DNA of 64,000 nucleotides from NCBI RefSeq assembly GCF_009834535.1, contig NC_045697.1, positions 74,402,001 to 74,466,000 on the forward strand. The letters run 5' to 3'. The number at the start of each line of letters is the position of its first letter. Position 1 is the first letter of the stretch. Positions 26,596-36,935 of the stretch are shown in pieces. Below the pieces are notes generated by a model. It saw nothing but the letters and a program-made list of their open reading frames with translations, did not search any database and was not told the origin of the DNA. The translations under genes and the position numbers were made by a program. This stretch comes from Camelus ferus. Lineage: Eukaryota.

Positions 26596-27683
26596 CCTTC
26601 AGTTCCATCTCTTGTGACAACCCCACTGGCATAGTGTCCAAGGTCTCTGCAAGGGACATGCCCGGTTACAAGAGGCACTGAACTCAGGCTGATCCAATGC
26701 CATGGTCTGCAATCAGGCATGTTTGGTTCTTCCTGTCTAAATGCCATTTACCAATCAGGGGTTCATTTTTACCAGCAACATAGCAACATAGTTCACAAAT
26801 CACCTTATCAGGTTGCCGGGGGAACAGTGCTCAAAAGTTAAGGTAAGGTCAAATTCTCATGTAGAAGGGGAAAGGATTTTGTTAACCCTTTACCCACATA
26901 GAGGTTTCTGAGTGTAATGGATTCTTTTAACATATTCCTAGATTGTACTTGCTAAACATTTGTTTAGGGGTTTTGCACTGATACTAGTATCAGTAAATGT
27001 GCATATGTTTGTACACATATGAAAAGGCTAACTTTTTCAGGTTTAGATAGCAGTGACTTCTCAGGGATAATTTGTAAACATTTCTTTTTTTGATGTTTTA
27101 GAAGAGTTTAAATAGGATTGGAACTATCTATTCTTTGAAAGGATGATATGCTCTGATTTTGGTATAACTACAGCTGCTGTGTGTAGGCTGGAAAGCTTGT
27201 GACACACATTATTTTGTAAAAGCATTACCTACGCTCACTTGGAAGATACCGTATATTTCCAGGTATCATTGTGAAAAATAAAAATGTTAGTATATTCACT
27301 ACTCCTTTGTGTTTATAAGGTATCCTAAGAAAGGGATGGGGTCAGGCAATGGTTGTTTTGCAAGAAGAAATGAAAGGAAATGAGAATATCCAGAAATTTG
27401 GGGCCTTCCAGATTTGAAAAAGACAACTGCTTTTATGCCCTGAACATTAATATAAATATAGGGCTACAAGCCTTGTGGCAAGGCTCAGAATAAGGGTGTT
27501 GCCCTCCCAAACAACCCTATTATTTCAGCTAGCCTCAAGGTGGCCTCCATTAAGATGAAAGAGTAAGGTATGGACACAAGAAAGCAAAGAAATAAAGCAG
27601 GCTTAAGAACCGGGACTAGAAAAGACTTTGGTTATGGTTATCTGCACAAGGAACTGACTGGAAGCAATTAGATCAGAAGCCTA

Positions 27684-27905
27684 TTAGGGTTTTCAGGAAA
27701 TCTTAAAGCCATGGAAACCATGAGTCTGGCCTGAAAATGTACTGTCTCTGTTAGCTCCTTAAAAGCAACACTCAGGCCTTCAAATGTGTACCAGTTAGGG
27801 TTTTCAGGAAATCTTAAAGCCATGGAAACCATGAGTCTGGCCTGAAAATGTACTGTCTCTGTTAGCTCCTTAAAAGCAACACTCAGGCCTTCAAATGTGT
27901 ACCAG
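27684..27905. repeat. Perfect tandem duplication, 2 x 111 bp
   Basis: 27684-27794 and 27795-27905 are identical by inspection; ORF 27668..28009(-) shows the same 37-aa block twice. Confidence 0.97.
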
Positions 27906-27997
27906 TAGAAAAAGGACTGTAAAGGATGTACAGCCCCCAAGGAAGGCATATGCTCCAGTAGTCCCTCCTCCTCCTTCTTTTTCTTCTTTTGTTTTTT

Positions 27998-28125
27998 AAT
28001 AACAGACATTTATTTCTCACAGTTCTGGAGGCTGAGAAGTTCAAGTTCAAGGTGCCAGAAGATTCAATGTCTGGTGAGGACCGTCTTTCCAGTTTACAGA
28101 GGGTCTCTTTGCTGTATTTCATCCT
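27998..28125. mobile_element. MLT1A/MST-like LTR fragment
   Basis: aacagacatttatttctcacagttctggaggctgagaagttcaag. Confidence 0.8.
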
Positions 28126-28739
28126 AGTAGCATGGGTAAAAAATTAATGTTGGCTATTACCAATGATGATGATGAGGGTGATAGCCTAACGATGGATGAT
28201 GGTGAAGTCAAGAGGAGAGGATTATTATTTTACTTCCACGTTTTATATTTTAAAACCGTGGACCAGAATGGTTAAATAAGTCAAGGTACACGGCAGGCAA
28301 ACAGTGCACCAGCACTCAGTTCTGGGGGAGATTCCCAGGCCCAAGCTTCTTACCATGACTCCGCCCACGCTCAGCAGGGTCTCACCTCTGAATGTTGGCC
28401 TGTGTTCTCTTCCCTTCTGATGTGGCTCTGGAAGATGAGGGGACGAGGTTGTAGACGCAGAGGAGACCTGACTGTCTGACCACAGTACTTCCTCCACTGC
28501 CAGAGAGAGCGTCTCTGTCATTCCTGCTCATCTGGGACTCAGAACTGCTGTGGGTGAGCAGTTGTGTGTTCCTCATCCTTCTTTTTGCTTAATAGGAGTT
28601 TTTGAAGCAGGGATCCTGTCCCTGTGTCACCAGTGCACGTGGGACAAGAGGAGCAATAGCTTGCTTAACAGTTTGCACGACACTGACTCTGAGACCTTGA
28701 TAGAGACAACATACCTTCTATCCCCTTTGCCCAAACACC

Positions 28740-29025
28740 ACCCCCACTGCACGCCTTTTATTCAGTCTCTGCTCAAAATTCATCTCCCAGCGGCGACCAA
28801 ATCACTCCACCTGAAACCACAGCCCATCTCTTCCTGTCACCTTATCTTTCCTCACCCTCTTTACACCTCTGTCCTCTCTTCAAAGCACCTATTATTTTGC
28901 TCCCCGACTGCAGTATAAACTCTTTCAAGGACACAACTTTGTCTTGTTCCCAGCTGAAGTCCTGGCACCTAGAAATGGCCAATACATGGTAGGCTGTCAA
29001 TAAGTATTTGCTGGGAAAAAGATTA
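28740..29025 (+). mobile_element. L2 3' end
   Basis: gcacctagaaatggccaatacatggtaggctgtcaataagtatttg. Confidence 0.65.
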
Positions 29026-29393
29026 AATAATTGAGAGTTTCTGATTTCCAAGTGTTTGAAGTTGTGTTCATTTGGCTCTATTTTGCTGTTTATCTGTATC
29101 ACGTTGTGAGCAGCGATAGAAAATTATTTGTGTGTGAGGAAATTGGGACTTTTCCTTGCAAGGTGGCATTATCTGGTATAAAATCCAGCCACAAGGTTGT
29201 CCTACTGGAAAAGTGCAGATACTGCTAAAAGCACGCTGTTTGGTCTGGTTCTTTCTTGTTGGTTTTTAAGGCTGAGAAAGTGACATGTCAATCCCATGGG
29301 AACTCCCTCTCTGTTTTGGAAGGATCATTGGTGGTCATAACGGCAGCATACTAAGCAGTTAGACCTTGAAATTCCTTTAGAATCTCCTCACTC

Positions 29394-29409
29394 ACAATAA
29401 AAAAAAAAA

Positions 29410-29443
<34 letters not shown>

Positions 29444-29463
29444 GCGCCCCCCCCCCCAAAAAA
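29394..29463 (+). mobile_element. Very short retrotransposed insertion (A-run, (TAAA)n, C-run, A-tail) with perfect 15-bp TSD
   Basis: agaatctcctcactc at 29379-29393 and 29464-29478. Confidence 0.85.
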
Positions 29464-29569
29464 AGAATCTCCTCACTCCATGATTCGACAAAGCCTGATA
29501 TAATTAGCTATGGCTTACTCGAGGGAGAAAGTAACGTCCACCAGGCAGAATTCAGTCCAACCCAATCCA

Positions 29570-29915
29570 GTTCATTTAACAGATGCTGAATTTAAGCCTT
29601 GTGCCAGACATTGTGCTGGGCACAGCGGATATAGTGACAACTGCCCTGGCCCTCCTATTGGTTAGATTAATGTCTTGAGGGAACCTAGAGTTGGCAGAGA
29701 AACAATCACACCACAGTGCATTAAGAGTTACTCTCGGGCATGCATAGGGGTATTGAAGCACATACCGCAGGAGTCTCAGCCAAGCAAAAAATCAAAAAGG
29801 CTTCCTGAGTGTCAGCTAAGCTTGGACCCAAAGAGAAAGTGGAGAGTGTCCATTTGAAGATGAATGGAGTGTTCTCTAGGCCAAAGAAAAGATACGGGGA
29901 AAAAATGAGGCAAGC
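29570..29915 (-). mobile_element. L2 fragment
   Basis: ttcatttaacagatgctga...tgtgccagacattgtgctggg. Confidence 0.6.
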
Positions 29916-30477
29916 AGAGGGGGTATTACGCTATTGCTCCACATATTCATCTTTTCACCTGCGGCTTGTCCTCCTTTCCTTCTATCTCCGGTTTTTAGCC
30001 TGTAGGTTAGCCCCTTCCTCCCTAATCATCCATTGCTCAATCCAGGAACCAGTCAACAAGGAAAATGGCTACAGAGTAGCCACTGGACCCTGGAACCAAG
30101 CCTGTACTACACTTGCAAAATTTGATTTTCTGCAGAAAAAATAGTTTGACTCCGACATTTTGGGAGTTCATTAGGAAGATCTGAAATGGATGACACCAAG
30201 CTGTTTGCCTAAAATAATGTCCCAAGCCTGAACTGGCATGGATATTTCCTGAGATTAAAATAGAAACTTGTTTTGCTAACAGAAAACAACTTGAAATCAG
30301 AGTCATTTAAGTTGAAACCATTATTTTTCCTTTTCTAGCAGAAAATTCCTGTGTTTATACACATAAGAGATCAGGATAGTGAGGTCACTCTGTCACAGAA
30401 CTTTCCATTAAAAATTTAAAGTTGGAGAAATCTCAAGAAGAAACTAAAGATTGGGCGGGGGGTATAGGCTAACAAAC

Positions 30478-30975
30478 CCATTCCATAAACATTTATGAGC
30501 ACCTACTACACTACAGGCACTGAACAAAGAAACTGGCCCTTGTAGAGTTTCCATTCTAGCAGAAAAATAGACATGCAAAATAAGAAGTAAGCAAATTATA
30601 TAGGAAACTATGAGTGAAAGAGCAAAGTAGAACAGACAAGACATCAGGAGGGGACAGGTTGCAATTTTAAATGCGGTGGTCAAGGTATGTCTCCTCGGAG
30701 AGGTGACATTTGAGCAAAGACTGAAGTGAGAATGAGCCACGCAGATATCTGGGTCCAGTCAGAAGTAGTAGTCAGTCAATGGCCCGAGGCAAGAGTGTGC
30801 AGGAAAGGAACGGAAGCCAGGGATTAGAGGAAGAGAGGGCATAGGAAACTGGGTCTGAGAGGTATGGGACACCAGATCACTGCCCTGGGCAGTCATTCCG
30901 GCTAGGGTTTGGGAAGAGAGGAGACTTGATTAGACTGATGTTTTAACATGCATTTTAGGTTAACCACTGAGTATT
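30478..30975 (-). mobile_element. L2 fragment
   Basis: aaacatttatgagcacctactac...ggtgacatttgagcaaagactgaag. Confidence 0.85.
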
Positions 30976-31399
30976 TTCGTTTGAACACAGTCCTTTGGTA
31001 CAATACATTTTGCTCTGCAACGACAGAGCAACAATGGTTGCTCAAAATGGTTTCTGAATGATCTCGGCAAGATCTGGCACAAGACTTGTAAGTGTAACTG
31101 GCCCGCCTCTCTCTGGCCTGCACGTGCCCCTGGAGGGCAGACGCTGCTGTCCCTCTAAGGTGCTCAGACTAGAGCTGGCAGAGATAGAAACAGTCTGCAC
31201 GTTTCTTCTTCAAAACTCACTGGAGAGCCAAACATTTCTTTCGGTGGTTACAAAATTTTTAAAACTCTGCCTCTGCCAACTCTGTGGGAGAAGCAAACTC
31301 CCGGAGTTTGCCTTTGCTAATTTGTCCAAGTCGTGCTGTGGTTTCACTAAAGGCAGACACTGTTCAGCTCCAGCCCCATAAACCTCTCTCGTCTTGGAC

Positions 31400-33030
31400 T
31401 TTGCCCTCCGGTGAAAGCTACGGCTCGCCCCTGCGGTCGCCACCTGTTCGAGAGGAACCCGCGGAGCGCGCACCTCCGCCCGGGGCCCCTTTCCTCCCTG
31501 GCTCACACTTTCCTGCCGAGCGCCCTGCTTTCCCTCGCCGAGACCGGGCTTGCAACTTTCCTCCCAGCCTGGCACTCGCCCCGCTTGGCTGGTCCCCAAG
31601 AGACGCTGCCTTCCCGCAGCGCCCCCGCCCCCGAGCTTCCCATCGAGCTGCTGAGCGCCCTCTCGCCTCACCCGGGGCCGGGAGAGCGGCGAGTCGAGCG
31701 CACGCGCGACCCCCGCCCCTCCCCGCAGGCGGCGCAGCTCCCCCTGCAGCGCCTCCCCTCGCGGGCAGGGAGGCGGAGGGGGCTCCGGACGCCGCGCAGC
31801 AGACCTGCTCTGGCTGCGCGCCGCGCCGCTCTCCTCCGAAAGTGGCAGCAGTAGCCGCGGCGGCCGCAGGGGTTCCCGGCTCCCGCAGCTCCTCGAGGGA
31901 GGCAGGAGGCGAGCGCGCCTCTCCTGAGCCCCCAGGACCCCTAACCTGTTCCCCGCGTGCAGCTGCGCCGCCGCCCAGGACTCGCTGCCCAACATGGATT
32001 TCCTCCTGGCGCTGGTGCTTGGGTCTTCGCTCTACCTGCAGGCGGCTGCGGAGTTCGACGGGAGGTGAGTTGTTCCCCGGGGAGCCCTCTCCTCCTCCTT
32101 CGCTCGCGAATTTCACACCATCCTGGGGTCCCTTCCCTCTGCTTTGGTCCAGAAGTTGGGCCACCGCACCGTCTCGGCGGGAGGAGAGCCGTCGAACTAC
32201 CCTCTCTACCAGTGGCTGCCCGAGGCCTAGAGGGCGCGCCCCCTGCGCGTACGGGGACCCCGCCGTCGCTTTCCCGGGGCGTCTGCGCTGCGAGGCGAGC
32301 CGCCCATTCCCGGCTCGGGGAGAAAGGGGGCTCGAGCCTGGCGTCTGGGCTCTGACGGTGCGGGTTAATCTTCCAAGAGGAGGTGACGCGCGGGACATCC
32401 CTTGGCCGGGGAATTCTCGCTCTTGATCTAGACAGTTCTGCAGTGGGGAAACTTACAGTGGTCGAGGCCAAATCTCGGCTGGGAGCTGTCAGGGCGGCTC
32501 ACACAAAGGGTGGGGAGAGGGAGCGACAGGGCTTCCAGGGGGGACATGTTTGCCTCCCCACTTGGTTTCCTTGCGGGAAGGGACTCAAAATAAGGGCTGA
32601 AAGAGGGGAACGCTGTTTGTGTGTGTGTGTATGTGTGTACGCACGCACACCCAGCTCCCGAGACCTCGGGCGAGCCTGACTGCAGCGTGCTCTGACAGGT
32701 TCCAACAGCCCCAGCTCCGCTCCGCTGTCACTCTGCAGGTCCTCGCGCCGCGGCGCGCGGAGCCCTCTCTCTTGCCTGCCAGATCCGCTCGGGCGACTGT
32801 GTGTGTGTGTCTGTGTCCGGAGGACGTGCTCGGTTATCACCCCCCACCACCCCTCCACCGCTCAGTTACAGGCCAGACTCGCCCCGAGCGCGGATCGCTG
32901 CTGCTTGTGGGGAAACCAGGCAGGAGTAGCCAGGAAATTTTAACCTGGGTCACAGCACCATCCAGTCTCCCTCACGCCACGACCCCCCACCCCCCTCTCC
33001 CGCGGAGCCCGAAAGACTGCCGGCACCTGT
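31400..33030. promoter_or_regulatory. CpG island / NPNT promoter
   Basis: Abrupt GC- and CpG-rich segment in an AT-rich, CpG-poor background; spans exon 1; GC boxes CCCCGCCC at ~31623 and ~31711; no obvious TATA box. Confidence 0.95.
31994..32064 (+). CDS. NPNT: Nephronectin coding exon 1 (signal peptide), 71 nt, ends in phase 2
   Basis: Strong Kozak ccaacATGG at 31994; encodes MDFLLALVLGSSLYLQAAAEFDG plus AG; donor GAG|GTGAGT. Confidence 0.98.
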
Positions 33031-34264
33031 TTTACCTGCAATCTTGGAACCAATCAATTCCACGATTGATTGGCTTTCCTGTACCTGGAAGGAAAGGAGG
33101 AGAGCCAGTGAAGCGCAGAAGACAAAAAGCACAGCAGTTTGTTTATCACCTGGACCGAGGAAATAGAAAGTTCGGGGTTATTTTGTCCTTTGGGCTTGGG
33201 GGCACGAGGCGGAGCTGAAGGAAAGGGGAATTGAAAAGATTAGGAGAGTTTAAGAAAACGTGGGTAGCGCCCTGAGGCTGTTTTATTTTATTAAAGCAAT
33301 TATTTGCCCACCTTCGAGTATGTTGTGCGTTTTTTTTTTACACGTTTGCAATAAGAAATACATCACATGATTATACATAAGATCTTCACGTAGCTTTTAA
33401 AAGGTGTCTAAAACAGGTAATTAAAATATTGATCCTCTGGTTGGGGGAGAGGATCAATATCATTTATTGATGTGTGAATCTAAACAAGGAACCAGTTTAC
33501 CAAATAAGGTGTCAAAGTGGAATCTGGTGGCAAGTGGTACCCTGGAATTGAATGCTTGCTTTAGCCCTTATTTACATTAGAGAGGTCAATAGCACGCATT
33601 GTTGGTGCAGGAAAGTTTCAAACCACAAGGACACTTGAGATGTTAGCTACACTTTAAACTCTCCTTGGTTTTATTTAGACTTCTTTCTCAAGTACATTTT
33701 TTTTCAGGGAAATTTTTTGGCTGAAAAGTGATGTCTCGAAAAGAGTTCTGTTTCATTTGATTTTGAGAAACTTCCCCCTCTTTCTGCCCCTTGCCACCTG
33801 TACCCATTATATAAGGCAGAGAAATTTTCTCTTTCTGCTTTGACACGTCTTATATTATTTAGTACTTTTCAGTTTAAGATGAATCAGTCAAAACTGGCTT
33901 TCCCCCCAGTAACAGGTGTGGTTCTTTGAGGAGTCTGTTTTATTTTAAGCTTCAGAAACCATCCTGTGAGTGGCAGCCTTGAGAATTCCTGGTTTTATCT
34001 GGTGCTATTTCCATGTAAGAAAGGATTTTCCCCTCTCTTCCCCCCCCCCCACCCTTGTGCTTTTGCATGTGTTAACTGGCTGATGTTTGAAATCAGATCA
34101 TAGCAGAACTATTTCCCTGAAGCTATTTTATCCTTTAATTTCTGCAGGCATGAAGGAGTTCATAGAAAATTGTTAGGTGTGATTTAATTTTTTCTAAAGT
34201 AATAACCAAGAGGAAATTAATTTAAAAAGTGCCTTTATTTATTTTGAATCTTTTTGTTTGGCAG

Positions 34265-34365
34265 GTGGCCCAGGCAAATAGTGTCATCAATTGGCCTGTG
34301 TCGTTATGGTGGGAGGATTGACTGCTGCTGGGGCTGGGCCCGCCGGTCCTGGGGACAGTGTCAGC
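34265..34365 (+). CDS. NPNT: Nephronectin coding exon 2 (Cys-rich N-terminal segment), 101 nt
   Basis: Acceptor tttttgtttggcag|G; reads (R)WPRQIVSSIGLCRYGGRIDCCWGWARRSWGQCQ; donor AGC|GTGAGT; contained in ORF 34254..34460. Confidence 0.98.
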
Positions 34366-36358
34366 GTGAGTATCATCCCTGGGACTTCACCTTCCTCAGA
34401 GGGTGGGCTTTCCACCATCAGTCATGGCTTCAGTCTGCACATCAGAGGGCTCATTACTGAGCAAGGCTTGGTGGCGTGGTTCTAACGTGGAAGTTTTCAG
34501 TCCCTGACTCCTTATTCTGCCCCTTTCTAGCCTGAGCCACCTCAGTAAGATGCCAGTTTTGTTATTCAGAGAGCCACGTAGGATGCTCATTTTGGCATTT
34601 GTCCGAAACATCTCCAGCTCCTGTTTTCCCATCAGGCATACTCTTTTTTTTCCCCTCTGGGCTCTGAGATGGGGGTAAGATAACGAGTCTAGACTGTATT
34701 TACACTAAATAAACTCTGAACTTTATTGGCACTTATAAAATCCTAACCATAGCTGTTGTATAAAGTCACCTGTTTGTAAATGTTTTTTTTTTTCTTTTTT
34801 TTTTTGAAGTGAGATTGTATTGACTGGGTTCTAAATGGGCCACCTAGTGTAATCAAACAACACCTCTGAAAAGCATCATTTTTAAGTTCTAGAGAACTTA
34901 ACATCATGTAATAAGGACCAAATCAGAATACTGATTCTCACCTTTTCTGTGATCACAAATGGATATTTTAATGGTAGAAATCACAGCCACATCACAGAAG
35001 TTTGAGAATTTTGTTAAGTTTGAGAATTTTGTTCCCAGCATTTTATCTAGATTTTAAAATTTTATCCCACTCTCCCTAACAACAACAAAAACAATCCACT
35101 AACGATCAAGTAAGTGTCTGGGGTATCTTGAGAGTGCTAGGTTGGCGTGTCTGGTGAGATGGTGAGAGCTGAGTTGGTTCCATATATCCCACCCAGTGTT
35201 TTACTGCTAATGAGAAAGGGGCTTAGAGAAATAGGGAAGGACAGCTGAGAAGGCTGGTGCTGTAGAGGGTGGAGCCTACCTTAGAGAAGTGTTTGTGGGG
35301 TGAGGAATCAGGTAGATTTCAGTTTGGAAAGCTAAGTGTTCCTACAGCTGCTTTAATCTTTGAGAACCACATGTAATGTCTGTCCTGTACTTGTGAAGGA
35401 GGGAGAGTGACTGTCACAGGTTAACGTCTCTAGTTAGGGATGGAAAGATAAAGGAGGCTAATGTTTGTCTGCCTGCTCCCTGAAAGGCGCTGGGCCAGAC
35501 TTTTTGGACAGCTGGGTCATTGCTTCTTTGTATAAAGGAAGATGGTAGTAGCTCTAGTTTTCAGTAACCAAGAGAACTTAGGTAAAACTTCTGTGACCCT
35601 ACTGGTTAGTCTCGTACACACTGTCTTTAAAGGAAGATGGGCCAAAAGAAGAATGGTACCTGGTGGAATATAGTCTATCGGCTCTGCCAGGTATCCAAAG
35701 TGCATGGCTGGAGGCCACAGGTGTGGAGCTTTAAGAGCAATCAGGTGTTAAAAAGCTAAGGGTGAAGAGAGAATTCTCTCGACCCAACACATACAGCTCT
35801 CCCAAATAAAAAGTAGTTTCCTCCTCCTTCATGGCCTTAATTGGCAGGACACCCCCACAGCGAAAGCTGAAGTGCACTGGGGTGTGCAGAGCCCCCAGCC
35901 CCACCCAGGAAAGGCTGCCCTGGCATAGAGCCCCGGAGTGCACCTTCCCTGAAGGCAGAGTGCCAGGGCGATGGGCAGAAGCAAGCGTAGGAGTGTATTT
36001 GCACTCTGCCGGATGTGCTGCAAGAATTCCAGGGAGAAAACTGTATCTGAGAGGTTCATCGACTGTGGAATTCCCCAGAAAGAACCTTTAGGAGCTGTTC
36101 CATGTCTCTTGACCTTGTAATTCAATTTTTCCTAATATAAACATCAGCTTGGCAGTTCAGAATTTGAATGAGTGTAAAGACCTTTGAAAGGTCCAGTGGC
36201 ATTATGAAATTTAAACATCTCAGGGATTTCCTAACATTTCACTTTCTGCCCAGCTTTCCCAGCAGATACAGGACACTATTTTATTATTTTCTATACTTTC
36301 ATTCTGTTTCCCAAAGACTACAAACATAGTGTTTGATAGCATTTATGTTTTCCTTCTT

Positions 36359-36545
36359 ATTTTTTTAAAATTACAGTCAATTTACAATGTTGTTTATTTC
36401 TGGTGTACAGCATAATGACTCAGTTTTACATATATATACATATTTCTTTTCATATTCTTTTTCATTATAGGCCATTACAGAGTGTTGAATATGATTCCCT
36501 GGGTTGTACAGTAGGACCTTGTTGTTTATCTATTTTTATATATGG
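36359..36545 (-). mobile_element. 5'-truncated lineage-specific L1 3' end with TSD
   Basis: ttacagtcaatttacaatgttg...tctggtgtacagcata...; TSD tat(g/c)ttttccttctt at 36344-36358 and 36546-36560. Confidence 0.85.
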
Positions 36546-36679
36546 TATCTTTTCCTTCTTGTTATTGAATCTGAGGAAGCTGAAACATGGCATGAGTTAA
36601 TTAGTGAAAGGGTAATAAATGTGTAAGGCGATGAGCCCAAATCACAGTCTACCTTAACTTAGATTTGGTGAAAGTTTGA

Positions 36680-36935
36680 GGGGCAGCATAATGGAGAGAA
36701 CGTGAACTCTGGAGCTAGACTGCCTGGGTTTAAATTAGTTCCACGTCTTTTTAGCTGTGTGACCTTGAGCGGGTCATTCAGTCCCTCCGTGCTTTCTTTT
36801 CCTCATCTCTAAAACGGATCTAAAATAGAACTATACCTCAAAGGACCATAACAAAGTCTAAATAAGTTGTTATTTGTAAAGCACTTAAAACTACTCCTGG
36901 CATAGAGTAAATACTAAATGTATGTTTGGTGAAAT
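36680..36935 (+). mobile_element. MIR SINE, near full length
   Basis: ctctggagctagactgcctgggttt...agctgtgtgaccttg...cctggcatagagtaa. Confidence 0.9.

Noticed and set aside
27668..28009. 113-aa ORF with an internal 37-aa repeat
   Set aside because: By-product of the 111-bp duplication; it starts inside an MLT fragment.
1..31300. Exons of an upstream neighbour (GSTCD lies upstream of NPNT in human)
   Set aside because: No recognisable coding exon seen; the neighbour probably ends before the window.
31210..33218. Long overlapping ORFs (380, 326, 261, 199, 176 aa) on both strands
   Set aside because: Pro/Arg/Gly/Ala-rich products expected from stop-poor CpG-island DNA; the true NPNT exon 1 is in another frame.
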